A stretch of DNA of 47,285 nt, taken from contig JAUCBJ010009148.1 of the NCBI GenBank assembly GCA_032718475.1, forward strand, positions 1 to 47,285. The letters are read 5' to 3'. Shown piece by piece: positions 25,701-40,276 of the stretch (its first letter is position 1; every line of letters starts with the position of its first letter). The notes under the pieces were generated by a model. It was not told the origin of the DNA. It worked only from the letters and a program-made list of their open reading frames with translations, and ran no database searches. Position numbers and translations under genes: made by a program. Source of the stretch: Nemertoderma westbladi. Its lineage: Eukaryota; Animalia; Xenacoelomorpha.

Positions 25701-27491
25701 GTTCCGCCTTACTCTAGTATAACATGGTTCCCCCTTACTCTAGTATAACATGGTTCCGTCTTACTCTAGTATAACATGGTTCCGCCTTACTCTAGTATAA
25801 CATGGTTCCGTCTTACTCTAGTATAACATGGTTCCGCCTTACTCTAGTATAACATGGTTCCGTCTTAGTCTAGTATAACATGGTTTCGTCTTACTATAGT
25901 ATAACATGGTTCCGTCTTAATATAGTATAACATGGTTCCGTTTTACTCTAGTATAACATGGTTCCGCCTTACTCTAGTATAACATGGTTCCGTCTTAGTC
26001 TAGTATAACATGGTTTCGTCTTACTATAGTATAACATGGTTCTGCCTTACTCTAGTATAACATGGTTCCGTCTTACTCTAGTATAACATGGTTCCGCCTT
26101 ACTCTAGTATAACATGGTTCCGTCTTAGTCTAGTATAACATGGTTTCGTCTTACTATAGTATAACATGGTTCCGTCTTAATATAGTATAACATGGTTCCG
26201 TTTTACTCTAGTATAACATGGTTCCGCCTTACTCTAGTATAACATGGTTCCGTCTTAGTCTAGTATAACATGGTTTCGTCTTACTATAGTATAACATGGT
26301 TCCGTCTTAATATAGTATAACATGGTTCCGTTTTACTCTAGTATAACATGGTTCCGCCTTACTCTAGTATAACATGGTTCCGTCTTACTCTAGTATAACA
26401 TGGTTCCGTCTTACTCTAGTATAACATGGTTCCGCCTTACTCTAGTATAACATGGTTCTGTCTTAGTCTAGTATAACATAGTTCTGCCTTACTCTAGTAT
26501 AACATGGTTCCGTCTTACTCTAGTATAACATGGTTCCGCCTTACTCTAGTATAACATGGTTCTGTCTTACTCTAGTATAACATGGTTCCGTCTTACTCTA
26601 GTATAACATGGTTCCGTCTTACTCTAGTATAACATGGTTCCGCCTTACTCTAGTATAACATGGTTCCGTCTTACTCTAGTATAACATGGTTCCGTCTTAC
26701 TCTAGTATAACATGGTTCCGTCTTACTCTAGTATAACATGGTTCCGTCTTACTCTAGTATAACATGGTTCCGCCTTACTCTAGTATAACATGGTTCCGTC
26801 TTACTCTAGTATAACATAGTTCTGCCTTACTCTAGTATAACATGGTTCCGTCTTACTCTAGTATAACATGGTTCCGCCTTACTCTAGTATAACATGGTTC
26901 CGTCTTACTCTAGTATAACATGGTTCCGTCTTACTCTAGTATAACATGGTTCCGTCTTACTCTAGTATAACATGGTTCCGTCTTACTCTAGTATAACATG
27001 GTTCCGCCTTACTCTAGTATAACATGGTTCCGTCTTACTCTAGTATAACATAGTTCTGCCTTACTCTAGTATAACATGGTTCCGTCTTACTCTAGTATAA
27101 CATGGTTCCGCCTTACTCTAGTATAACATGGTTCCGTCTTACTCTAGTATAACATGGTTCCGTCTTACTCTAGTATAACATGGTTCCGTCTTAATCTAGT
27201 ATAACATGGTTCTGTCTTACTCCAGTATAACATGGTTCCGTCTTACTCTAGTATAACATGGTTTCGTCTTACTATAGTATAACATGGTTCCGTCTTACTC
27301 TAGTATAACATGGTTTCGTCTTACTATTGTATACCATGGTTCCGTCTTACTCTAGTATAACATGGTTCCGCCTTACTCTAGTATAAAATGGTTCTGTCTC
27401 ACTCTAGTATAACTTGGTTCCGTTTTGCTCTGGTATAACATGTTCCGTTTTACTCTAGTATAACATGGTTCCGCCTTACTCTAGTATAACA
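22732..27491 (+). repeat. Near-exact 4.76 kb direct duplication of 16283-21042 (offset 6449 bp), including a MITE copy at 22750-22911
   Basis: The unique flank TTCCTCTAACCGAAGTGTC... and the order of rare monomer variants (AACAGGG, TTCCCCCTTAC, TTTTGCTCTGG) are reproduced. The copy ends at the gap. Confidence 0.9.
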
Positions 27492-27591
27492 NNNNNNNNN
27501 NNNNNNNNNNNNNNNNNNNNNNNNNNNNNNNNNNNNNNNNNNNNNNNNNNNNNNNNNNNNNNNNNNNNNNNNNNNNNNNNNNNNNNNNNNN
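27492..27591. other. Scaffold gap (100 N)
   Basis: Run of exactly 100 N, a conventional placeholder for a gap of unknown size. Confidence 0.99.
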
Positions 27592-30500
27592 GCCTTACTC
27601 TAGTATAACATGGTTCCGTCTTAGTCTAGTATAACATGGTTTCGTCTTACTATAGTATAACATAGTTCTGCCTTACTCTAGTATAACATGGTTCCGTCTT
27701 ACTCTAGTATAACATGGTTCCGCCTTACTCTAGTATAACATGGTTCCGTCTTAGTCTAGTATAACATGGTTTCGTCTTACTATAGTATAACATGGTTCCG
27801 TCTTAATATAGTATAACATGGTTCCGTTTTACTCTAGTATAACATGGTTCCGCCTTACTCTAGTATAACATGGTTCCCCCTTACTCTAGTATAACATGGT
27901 TCCGTCTTACTCTAGTATAACATGGTTCCGCCTTACTCTAGTATAACATGGTTCCGTCTTACTCTAGTATAACATGGTTCCGCCTTACTCTAGTATAACA
28001 TGGTTCCGTCTTAGTCTAGTATAACATGGTTTCGTCTTACTATAGTATAACATGGTTCCGTCTTAATATAGTATAACATGGTTCCGTTTTACTCTAGTAT
28101 AACATGGTTCCGCCTTACTCTAGTATAACATGGTTCCGTCTTAGTCTAGTATAACATAGTTTCGTCTTACTATAGTATAACATGGTTCTGCCTTACTCTA
28201 GTATAACATGGTTCCGTCTTACTCTAGTATAACATGGTTCCGCCTTACTCTAGTATAACATGGTTCCGTCTTAGTCTAGTATAACATGGTTTCGTCTTAC
28301 TATAGTATAACATGGTTCCGTCTTAATATAGTATAACATGGTTCCGTTTTACTCTAGTATAACATGGTTCCGCCTTACTCTAGTATAACATGGTTCCGTC
28401 TTAGTCTAGTATAACATGGTTTCGTCTTACTATAGTATAACATGGTTCCGTCTTAATATAGTATAACATGGTTCCGTTTTACTCTAGTATAACATGGTTC
28501 CGCCTTACTCTAGTATAACATGGTTCCGTCTTACTCTAGTATAACATGGTTCCGTCTTACTCTAGTATAACATGGTTCCGCCTTACTCTAGTATAACATG
28601 GTTCTGTCTTAGTCTAGTATAACATAGTTCTGCCTTACTCTAGTATAACATGGTTCCGTCTTACTCTAGTATAACATGGTTCCGTCTTACTCTAGTATAA
28701 CATGGTTCCGTCTTACTCTAGTATAACATGGTTCCGCCTTACTCTAGTATAACATGGTTCCGTCTTACTCTAGTATAACATAGTTCTGCCTTACTCTAGT
28801 ATAACATGGTTCCGTCTTACTCTAGTATAACATGGTTCCGCCTTACTCTAGTATAACATGGTTCCGTCTTACTCTAGTATAACATGGTTCCGTCTTACTC
28901 TAGTATAACATGGTTCCGTCTTAATCTAGTATAACATGGTTCTGTCTTACTCCAGTATAACATGGTTCCGTCTTACTCTAGTATAACATGGTTTCGTCTT
29001 ACTATAGTATAACATGGTTCCGTCTTACTCTAGTATAACATGGTTTCGTCTTACTATTGTATACCATGGTTCCGCCTTACTCTAGTATAACATGGTTCCG
29101 CCTTACTCTAGTATAAAATGGTTCTGTCTCACTCTAGTATAACTTGGTTCCGTTTTACTCTGGTATAACATGTTCCGTTTTACTCTAGTATAACATGGTT
29201 CCGCCTTACTCTAGTATAACATGGTTTCGTCTTACTATTGTATAACATGGTTCCGTCTTACTCTAGTATATCATGGTTCCGTTTTACTCTAGTATAACAT
29301 GTTCCGCTTTACTGTATTATAAAATGGTTCTGTCTTACTCTAGTATAACATGGTTCCGTCTTACTCTAGTATAACATGGTTCCGTCTTACTCTAGTATAA
29401 CATGGTTCCGTCTTACTCTAGTATAACATGGTTCTGTCTTACTCTAGTATAACATGGTTCCGTCTTACTATAGTATAACATGGTTCCGTTTTACTCTAGT
29501 ATAACATGTTCCGTTTTACTCTAGTATAACATGGTTCTGTCTTAGTCTAGTATAACATGGTTCCGTCTTACTCTAGTATAACATGGTTTCGTCTTACTAT
29601 TGTATAACATGGTTCCGTCTTACTATAGTATAACATGGTTCCGTCTTACTCTAGTATAACATGGTTCCGTCTTACTCTAGTATAACATGGTTCCGTCTTA
29701 CTCTAGTATAACATGGTTCCGTCTTACTCTAGTATAACATGGTTCCGTCTTACTCTAGTATAACATGGTTCCGTCTTACTCTAGTATAACATGGTTCCGC
29801 CTTACTCTAGTATAAAATGGTTCTGTCTCACTCTAGTATAACTTGGTTCCGTTTTACTCTAGTATAACATGTTCCGTTTTACTCTAGTATAACATGGTTC
29901 CGCCTTACTCTAGTATAACATGGTTTCGTCTTACTATTGTATAACATGGTTCCGTCTTACTCTAGTATATCATGGTTCCGTTTTACTCTAGTATAACATG
30001 TTCCGTTTTACTGTATTATAAAATGGTTCTGTCTTACTCTAGTATAACATGGTTCCGTCTTACTCTAGTATAACATGGTTCCGTCTTACTCTAGTATAAC
30101 ATGGTTCCGTCTTACTCTAGTATAACATGGTTCTGTCTTACTCTAGTATAACATGGTTCCGTCTTACTATAGTATAACATGGTTCCGTTTTACTCTAGTA
30201 TAACATGTTCCGTTTTACTCTAGTATAACATGGTTCTGTCTTAGTCTAGTATAACATGGTTCCGTCTTACTCTAGTATAACATGGTTTCGTCTTACTATT
30301 GTATAACATGGTTCCGTCTTACTATAGTATAACATGGTTCCGTCTTACTCTAGATAACATGGCTCCGTCTTACTCTAGTATAACATGGTTCCGTCTTACT
30401 CTAGTAACATGGCTCCGTCTTCCTCTAGTATAACATGGTTCTGTCTTACTCTAGTATAACATGGTTTCGTCTTACTCTAGTATAACATGGTTCTGTCTTA

Positions 30501-33500
30501 CTCTAGTATAACATGGTTCCGCCTTACTCTAGTATAACATGGTTCTGTCTTACTCTAGTATAACATGGTTTCGTCTTACTCTAGTATAACATGGTTCCGT
30601 CTTACTCTAGTATAACATGGTTCCGTCTTACTCTAGTATAACATGGTTCCGTCTTACTCTAGTATAACATGGTTCCGTCTTACTCTAGTATAACATGGTT
30701 CCGTCTTACTCTAGTATAACATGGTTCCGTCTTACTCTAGTATAACATGGTTCCGTCTTACTCTAGTATAACATGGTTCTGTCTTACTCTAGTATAACAT
30801 GGTTCTGTCTTACTCTAGTATAACATGGTTCCGTCTTACTCTAGTATAACATGGTTCCGTCTTACTCTAGTATAACATGGTTCCGTCTTACTCTAGTATA
30901 ACATGGTTCCGTCTTACTCTAGTATAACATGGTTCCGTCTTACTATAGTATAACATGGTTCCGTCTTACTATAGTATAACATGGTTCCGTTTACTCTAGT
31001 ATAACATGGTTCCGTTTTACTCTAGTATAACATGGTTCTGTCTTAGTCTAGTATAACATGGTTCCGTCTTACTCTAGTATAACATGGTTTCGTCTTACTA
31101 TTGTATAACATGGTTCCGTCTTACTCTAGTATAACATGGTTCCGTTTTACTCTAGTATAACATGTTCCGTTTTACTCTAGTATAACATGGTTCTGTCTTA
31201 CTCTAGTATAACATGGTTCCGTCTTACTCTAGTATAACATGGTTTCGTCTTACTATAGTATAACATGGTTCCGTCTTACTATAGTATAACATGGTTCCGT
31301 CTTACTCTAGTATAACATGGTTCCGTCTTACTCTAGTATAACATGGTTCCGTCTTACTCTAGTATAACATGGTTTCGTCTTACTATTGTATAACATGGTT
31401 CCGTCTTACTCTAGTATAACATGGTTTCGTCTTACTCTAGTATAACATGGTTCCGTTTTACTCTAGTATAACATGGTTCTGTCTTAGTCTAGTATAACAT
31501 GGTTCCGTCTTACTCTAGTATAACATGGTTTCGTCTTACTATTGTATAACATGGTTCCGTCTTACTCTAGTATAACATGGTTCCGTCTTACTCTAGTATA
31601 ACATGGTTCCGCCTTACTCTAGTATAACATGGTTCTGTCTTACTCTAGTATAACATGGTTCTGTCTTACTCTAGTATAACATGGTTCCGTCTTACTCTAG
31701 TATAACATGGTTCCGTCTTACTATTGTATAACATGGTTCCGTCTTACTCTAGTATAACATGGTTCCGTCTTACTCTAGTATAACATGTTCCGTCTTACTC
31801 TAACATGGTTCCGTCTTACTATAGTATAACATGGTTCTGTCTTAGTCTAGTATAACATGGTTCCGTCTTACTCTAGTATAACATGGTTCCGTTTTACTCT
31901 AGTATAACATGGTTCCGTCTTACTCTAGTATAACATGGTTTCGTCTTACTATTGTATAACATGGTTCCGTCTTACTCTAGTATAACATGGTTCCGTTTTA
32001 CTCTAGTATAACATGGTTCCGTCTTACTCTAGTATAACATGGTTTCGTCTTACTATAGTATAACATGGTTCCGTCTTACTCTAGTATAACATGGTTCTGT
32101 CTTACTCTAGTATAACATGGTTTCGTCTTACTCTAGTATAACATGGTTCTGTCTTACTCTAGTATAACATGGTTCTGTCTTACTCTAGTATAACATGGTT
32201 CCGTCTTACTCTAGTATAACATGGTTTCGTCTTACTATTGTATAACATGGTTCCGTTTTACTCTAGTATAACATGGTTCTGTCTTAGTCTAGTATAACAT
32301 GGTTCCGTCTTACTCTAGTATAACATGGTTTCGTCTTACTATTGTATAACATGGTTCCGTCTTACTCTAGTATAACATGGTTCTGTCTTAGTCTAGTATA
32401 ACATGGTTTCGTCTTACTATTGTATAACATGGTTCCGTTTTACTCTAGTATAACATGGTTCTGTCTTAGTCTAGTATAACATGGTTCCGTCTTACTCTAG
32501 TATAACATGGTTTCGTCTTACTATTGTATAACATGGTTCCGTCTTACTCTAGTATAACATGGTTCCGTCTTACTCTAGTATAACATGGTTTCGTCTTACT
32601 ATTGTATAACATGGTTCCGTCTTACTCTAGTATAACATGGTTCTGTCTTACTCTAGTATAACATGGTTTCGTCTTTCTATTGTATAACATGGTTCCGTTT
32701 TACTCTAGTATAACATGGTTCTGTCTTATTCTAGTATAACATGGTTCCGTCTTACTCTAGTATAACATGGTTTCGTCTTACTATTGTATAACATGGTTCC
32801 GTCTTACGCTAGTATAACATGGTTCCGTCTTACTCTAGTATAACATGGTTCTGTCTTACTCTAGTATAACATGGTTTCGTCTTACTATAGTATAACATGG
32901 TTCTGTCTTACTATAGAATAACATGGTTCCGTTTTACTGTATTATAACATGGTTCTGTCTTACTCCAGTATAACATGGTTCCGTCTTACTCCAGTATAAC
33001 ACGGTTCCGTCTTACTCTGTATAACATGGTTCTGTATTACTCTCGTATAACATGGTTCCGTTCTACTCTAGTATAACATGGTTCCGTTCTAATTTAGTAT
33101 AACATGGTTCCGTCTTACTCTAGTATAACATGGTTCCGTCTTACTCTAGTATAACATGGTTCCGTTTTACTCTAGTATAACATGGTTCTGTCTTAGTCTC
33201 GTATAACATGGTTCCGTCTTACTCTAGTATAACATGGTTCCGCCTTACTCTAGTATAACATGGTTCTGTCTTAGTCTCGTATAACATGGTTCCGTTTTAC
33301 TCTAGTATAACATGGTTCTGTCTTAGTCTCGTATAACATGGTTCCGTTTTACTCTAGTATAACATGGTTCTGTCTTAGTCTCGTATAACATGGTTCCGTC
33401 TTACTCTAGTATAACATGGTTCTGTCTTAGTCTCGTATAACATGGTTCCGTTTTACTCTAGTATAACATGGTTCTGTCTTAGTCTCGTATAACATGGTTC

Positions 33501-36500
33501 CGTCTTACTCTAGTATAACATGGTTCTGTCTTAGTCTCGTATAACATGGTTCCGTCTTACTCTAGTATAACATGGTTCCGCCTTACTCTAGTATAACATG
33601 GTTCCGTCTTACTCTAGTATAACATGGTTCTGTCTTACTCTAGTATAACATGGTTCCGTCTTACTATAGTATAACATGGTTCCGTCTTACTATAGTATAA
33701 CATGGTTCCGTCTTACTATAGTATAACATGGTTCCGTTCTACTCTAGTATAACATGTTCCGTTTTACTCTAGTATAACATGGTTCTGTCTTAGTCTAGTA
33801 TAACATGGTTCCGTCTTACTCTAGTATAACATGGTTTCGTCTTACTATTGTATAACATGGTTCCGTCTTACTCTAGTATATCATGGTTCCGTCTTACTCT
33901 AGTATAACATGGTTCCGTCTTACTCTAGTATAACATGGTTCCGCCTTACTCTAGTATAACATGGTTCTGTCTTACTCTAGTATAACATGGTTCTGTCTTA
34001 CTCTAGTATAACATGGTTCCGTCTTACTCTAGTATAACATGGTTCCGCCTTACTCTAGTATAACATGGTTCTGTTTTACTCCAGTATAACATGGTTCCGT
34101 CTTACTCCAGTATAACATGGTTCCGTCTTACTCTCTATAACATGGTTCCGTCTTACTCTAGTATAACATGGTTCCGTCTTACTCTAGTATAACATGGTTC
34201 CGTTCTACTCTAGTATAACATGGTTCTGTTCTAATTTAGTATAACATGGTTCCGTCTTACTCTAGTATAACATGGTTCCGTCTTACTCTAGTATTACATG
34301 GTTCCGTTTTACTCTAGTATAACATGGTTCTGTCTTAGTCTCGTATAACATGGTTTCGTCTCACTATAGTATAACATGGTTCCGTTCTACTCTAGTATAA
34401 CATGTTCCGTTTTACTCTAGTATAACATGGTTACGTCTTAGTCTAGTATAACATGGTTCCGTCTTACTATAGTATAACATGGTTCCGTTCTACTCTAGTA
34501 TAACATGGTTCCGTTTTACTCTAGTATAACATGGTTCTGTCTTAGTCTAGTATAACATGGTTCCGTCTTACTCTAGTATATCATGGTTCCGTCTTACTCT
34601 AGTATAACATGGTTCTGTCTTACTCTAGTATAACATGGTTCCGCCTTACTCTGTATAACATGGTTCCGTCTTACTCTAGTATAACATGGTTTCGTCTTAC
34701 TATTGTATAACATGGTTCCGTCTTACTATAGTATAACATGGTTCCGTTCTACTCTAGTATAACATGTTCCGTTTTACTCTAGTATAACATGGTTCTGTCT
34801 TAGTCTAGTATAACATGGTTCCGTCTTACTCTAGTATATCATGGTTCCGTCTTACTCTAGTATAACATGGTTCCGTCTTACTCTAGTATATCATGGTTCC
34901 GTCTTACTCTAGTATAACATGGTTCCGTCTTACTCTAGTATAACATGGTTCCGCCTTACTCTAGTATAACATGGTTCCGTCTTACTCTAGTATAACATGG
35001 TTCCGCCTTACTCTAGTATAACATGGTTCCGTCTTACTCTAGTATATCATGGTTCCGTCTTACTCTAGAATAACATGGTTCCGTCTTACTCTAGTATAAC
35101 ATGGTTCCGCCTTACTCTAGTATAACATGGTTCCGCCTTACTCTAGTATAACATGGTTCCGTCTTACTCTAGTATAACATGGTTCCGCCTTACTCTAGTA
35201 TAACATGGTTCCGTCTTACTCTAGTATATCATGGTTCCGTCTTACTCTAGTATAACATGGTTCCGCCTTACTCTAGTATAACATGGTTCTGTCTTACTCT
35301 AGTATAACATGGTTCCGTCTTACTCTAGTATAACATGGTTCCGCCTTACTCTAGTATAACATGGTTCCGTCTTACTCTAGTATAACATGGTTCCGTCTTA
35401 CTCTAGTATAACATGGTTCCGTCTTACTCTAGTATAACATGGTTCCGTCTTACTCTAGTATAACATGGTTCCGCCTTACTCTAGTATAACATGGTTCTGT
35501 CTTACTCTAGTATAACATGGTTCCGTCTTACTCTAGTATAACATGGTTCTGTCTTACTCTAGTATAACATGGTTCCGTCTTACTCTAGTATAACATGGTT
35601 CCGTCTTACTCTAGTATAACATGGTTCCGTCTTACTCTAGTATAACATGGTTCCGTCTTACTCTAGTATAACATGGTTCCGTCTTACTCTAGTATAACAT
35701 GGTTCTGTCTTACTCTAGTATAACATGGTTCCGTTTTACTCTAGTATAACATGGTTTCGTCTTACTCTAGTATAACATGGTTCCGTAGCTTTGTAGCCAA
35801 GCCCCGCAAAGTAAAAATATACAACAAAAAGTGTGTTTAAATTATGGAATATTATTAATTATTGTTATTATAAATGATTTGTTAAAGTTATGAATTAAAT
35901 GACGGGTCTCTAGACAATGACACTGGTTTAAGGTTGGGTTACTTTATGTACCGTTTTCGTTAGGTCGTTTTTTGAAACGTTTTTTCTCTGCCCCAAAAAT
36001 AGTCCCTAAAAAAACCATTCGACTACTATCATTATCCATTTCAAAATAAAACAATTCAACGAAACAAAGCATTTCTCACACTTGCAGAATGTAGATCATT
36101 CAATTTTGCGATCAAAAGTAACAAATACATATTTTTTGTTCCAGAATCCTGAACTGAACATTTATACGTTTGCCCACGACTATTGGACTAGTTTTTCGGT
36201 TTAATTAATAAGAGGATGAAAGCGTCCAAAAAATGTTCTAGCGAGAACGCTACTTAAAGCAGAACCCGGAATTAAATAGCCTCGATATTATAATTTAGCT
36301 TCTTCACGAAATTTAAAACAGTGCGGCTCCTACCACGAACTGAACAGCACATAATATTTGAGATAAATCCACAGAGACGTCCTATGGAGAAATACATAAT
36401 ATAGTAGCACAAAATATATAATAAATAACAACAGTTGAATTAGGAGGTATTATTAGAATGTGGCGGGATATTTGAATCTACGTAAAGTAAAGTTAACCAT

Positions 36501-38511
36501 TATTAATCTACATAATTCGTTCTATAATGTAAACCTGTGTGACCAGACTGTCGGTATATCAATTTATGATAAAACACGTAATTCATTAAGATTATATAAA
36601 GAATTAATCCTGCAGCGATATTACAATGTGTGGGCACTAAGAGATAAAAAATATTACTATACTTTGTGGCGTGTAGTAATGTAGCACTTTATATGATTAC
36701 TATAGGAGTCGCTTTAAAGGAATTACTGTATAGCGTGACGTGTACTAAACTAGAAAACAAATTATTTCGCGAAATTTCAAAAATATAAATGTATTTTACT
36801 TGAGTCGAGACATGTAATTGAGCACGTGTCTTCGAGTTGATATTATTTCGGAAATGTAGGCGGTTACCTAATAACGTACGGGGAGTATAATGTTAGGAAG
36901 GCATTGCGCGAAGCATCATACATCCTGATAAGCGAATGACTTGCAGCCAACTCTCATACTGACACCTCCCAGCTAACAACGGCGCGGTGGAAGTCTCAAT
37001 GCTATATCTGTATCGCTTTCGCGACGATGTTAATGATAATAAAAGGATTTGTTCAATTAAGAGCCGTACCGGCTCCATATTGCCACTTTACATGTTATGC
37101 CTGTCGGATATTTTACGTGACAAAATGAAACTAACCTTACTGAAAGTCAGAGCTACGCATTTCAATATTTAATAGGTTGATATTCCAAGAAACACTTTGT
37201 CACACACCGCACACCATCTCGATGCTTTATGTTACGAATATTAAAATCCATTTAGTTTGTGGTTAAGACTATATTAATAGTGAAATAAAGTAATATAAGT
37301 ATGGACCCTAATGAATGATGCATGCTATAAGAATTATCACTGTGCGAATAAAGTTTTACATCACTGTATATAATATTATGTAATACTTTCCGAACTAAAC
37401 GAACTAAAAAGAGTTTCTTCAACGTCTCAAAAAATGTCTCATTAACTTTCGAAAATACGAGCCGTCAATATAAAATACGAAATATATTAAAATCATTTTA
37501 TGCCAATATCACAGCTCAGCTAGGTCATCATCATACAGGGAAAGTATGAGCACAGAATGAGGTATGAACAGAGTAGTGGCCAAAAAATAGAAATATGGTT
37601 AATGTGAAAAATTAAGCGGCAAAGCGTTCAGCCTACGATTATAAGAGGAATTGTCGAGTTAATATGGAAAGAAAAAGCGACAGTCAACCACAGCAGCATA
37701 GAATTAAGCGCCACAATACCTAATCTACAACTAAAAGCAAAACTATAGTAATTAATTATAGATAATTAAATAATTACGGTAGAAAAAAGCGCAAAATTTA
37801 ACCAAAAAGAAAGGCAATAAACCAACAATAATAAGACAATATTACCAAACTACACACGATGGGGTGTATGACTCGCCCAAATACATAAAAAATAATATCA
37901 GTAAAAGATTGAATCAACACATTAAATAGTCACCCAAACTAATAAACTATATAAATAAGCAGCTTCTATACAAATTAAATAGGCAATAATAATTACATAG
38001 TGGAAAACAAGCTATAATAAATCATTATAATCCCTTAATATATAGCCAGACAAATGTTCGCCCAACGGCCAATAAATATATATTTCAACTAATTTTCATG
38101 TCGTTTACCAGGTATAAGTTTACAAATGAAACACTCAGAGCATATTTGTAACGAAAATTCGATTGGGTTTATTATATTGTATTTAGTGTGGTCGGAACAT
38201 TAGCACAATATTATATCTTGGGTAGGGCTTTACAGTGCGTATATTCGATATGCGAAGTAAATATGTTCAATTTAGTGGGAAATAAAAGAAACCGCCAACT
38301 GGTGACCCTTAAGTTGGTTATACGGAGGTCATCTGATTGCTGACATTATTGCATGCTATTTCTAGGTCACCAACCGGATTATATTTTCGATAATAACATA
38401 AAAACTGCGGACGGTACAATACGTTTACCGTTGCCAAAATTTACATGATAGCCGGAAATGTCGGTGATCAAAGATCCTATACAAAAAATCATACAATCTA
38501 TTGGTTGTAGG

Positions 38512-38596
38512 TTCAGTCACTCAGCCTTTCATCCACAGGCGTCGAGGTCGATAAAATGATTACCAGTTACATAACTGGGAGCAAATCTTGGGATAC
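38512..38596 (+). mobile_element. SINE central conserved-domain fragment
   Basis: ACTCAGCCTTTCATCC....GAGGTCGATAAAATGATTACCAG resembles the widespread metazoan SINE core (Meta/Nin-type). Recognised from memory; the exact superfamily is not verified. Confidence 0.55.
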
Positions 38597-40276
38597 GAGT
38601 AGCGCCCACCCCGACCCTCGAGTAGCAGATAGGAATAGCGCCCACCCACCCCGACCCTCGAGTAGCAGATAGGAATAGCGCCCACCCCTATCCTCGGGTA
38701 GCAGATAGGAGTAGCGCCCACCCACCCCGACCCTCGGGTAGCAGATAGGAATAGCGCCCACCCCTATCCTCGGGTAGCAGATAGGAGTAGCGCCCACCCA
38801 CCCCGACCCTCGGGTAGCAGATAGGAGTAGCGCCCCCCACCCCGACCCTCGGGTAGCAGATAGGAGTAGCGCCCACCCCTATCCTCGGGTAGCAGATAGG
38901 AGTAGCGCCCACCCACCCCGACCCTCGGGTAGCAGATAGGAATAGCGCCCACCCCTATCCTCGGGTAGCAGATAGGAGTAGCGCCCACCCACCCCGACCC
39001 TCGGGTAGCAGATAGGAGTAGCGCCCACCCACCCCGACCCTCGGGTAGCAGATAGGAGTAGCGCCCACCCCTATCCTCGGGTAGCAGATAGGAGTAGCGC
39101 CCACCCACCCTTACCCTCGGGTAGCAGATAGGAGTAGCGCCCACCCACCCCGACCCTCGGGTAGCAGATAGGAGTAGCGCCCACCCACCCCGACCCTCGG
39201 GTAGCAGATAGGAGTAGCGCCCACCCCTATCCTCGGGTAGCAGATAGGAGTAGCGCCCACCCACCCCTACCCTCGGGTAGCAGATAGGAGTAGCGCCCAC
39301 CCCTATCCTCGGGTAGCAGATAGGAGTAGCGCCCACCCACCCCGACCCTCGGGTAGCAGATAGGAGTAGCGCCCACCCCTACCCTCGGGTAGCAGATAGG
39401 AGTAGCGCCCACCCACCCCGACCCTCGGGTAGCAGATAGGAGTAGCGCCCACCCACCCCTACCCTCGGGTAGCAGATAGGAGTAGCGCCCACCCCTACCC
39501 TCGGGTAGCAGATAGGAGTAGCGCCCACCCACCCCTACCCTCGGGTAGCAGATAGGAGTAGCGCCCACCCACCCCGACCCTCGGGTAGCAGATAGGAGTA
39601 GCGCCCACCCACCCCTACCCTCGGGTAGCAGATAGGAGTAGCGCCCACCCCTACCTCGGGTAGCAGATAGGAGTAGCGCCCACCCACCCCGACCCTCGGG
39701 TAGCAGATAGGAGTAGCGCCCACCCACCCCGACCCTCGGGTAGCAGATAGGAGTAGCGCCCACCCCTATCCTCGGGTAGCAGATAGGAGTAGCGCCCACC
39801 CACCCCTACCCTCGGGTAGCAGATAGGAGTAGCGCCCACCCACCCCTACCTTCGGGTAGCAGATAGGAGTAGCGCCCACCCCTACCCTCGGGTAGCAGAT
39901 AGGAGTAGCGCCCACCCCTACCCTCGGGTAGCAGATAGGAGTAGCGCCCACCCACCCCGACCCTCGGGTAGCAGATATGAGTAGCGCCCACCCACCCCTA
40001 CCCCCAGGTAGCAGATGAGTAGCGCCCACCCACCCCTACCCTCAGGTAGCAGATAGGAGTAGCGCCCACCCCTACCCTCGGGTAGCAGATAGGAGTAGCG
40101 CCCACCCCTACCCTCGGGTAGCAGATAGGAGTAGCGCCCACCCCTACCCTCGGGTAGCAGATAGGAGTATCGCCCACCCACCCCTACCTTCGGGTAGCAG
40201 ATAGGAGTAGCGCCCACCCACCCCTACCCTCGGGTAGCAGATAGGAATAGCGCCCACCCCTACCTTAGGGTAGCAG
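38597..40276. repeat. GC-rich minisatellite with interspersed 40-bp and 36-bp units (~44 copies)
   Basis: 40-mer GGGTAGCAGATAGGAGTAGCGCCCACCCACCCCGACCCTC and 36-mer GGGTAGCAGATAGGAGTAGCGCCCACCCCTA(T/C)CCTC. Confidence 0.97.

Larger units (their letters stand above)
16517..35786. repeat. 26-bp tandem satellite, consensus GTATAACATGGTTCCGTCTTACTCTA, roughly 730 monomers as assembled
   Basis: Head-to-tail monomers with point and 1-bp indel variants and no spacers. Interrupted only by a non-satellite block (~22736-22965) and a 100-N gap. Confidence 0.98.

Noticed and set aside
16517-35786. CRISPR array (repeat length in the CRISPR range)
   Set aside because: Monomers are head-to-tail with no unique spacers, there are no cas genes, and the context is eukaryotic with spliceosomal introns.
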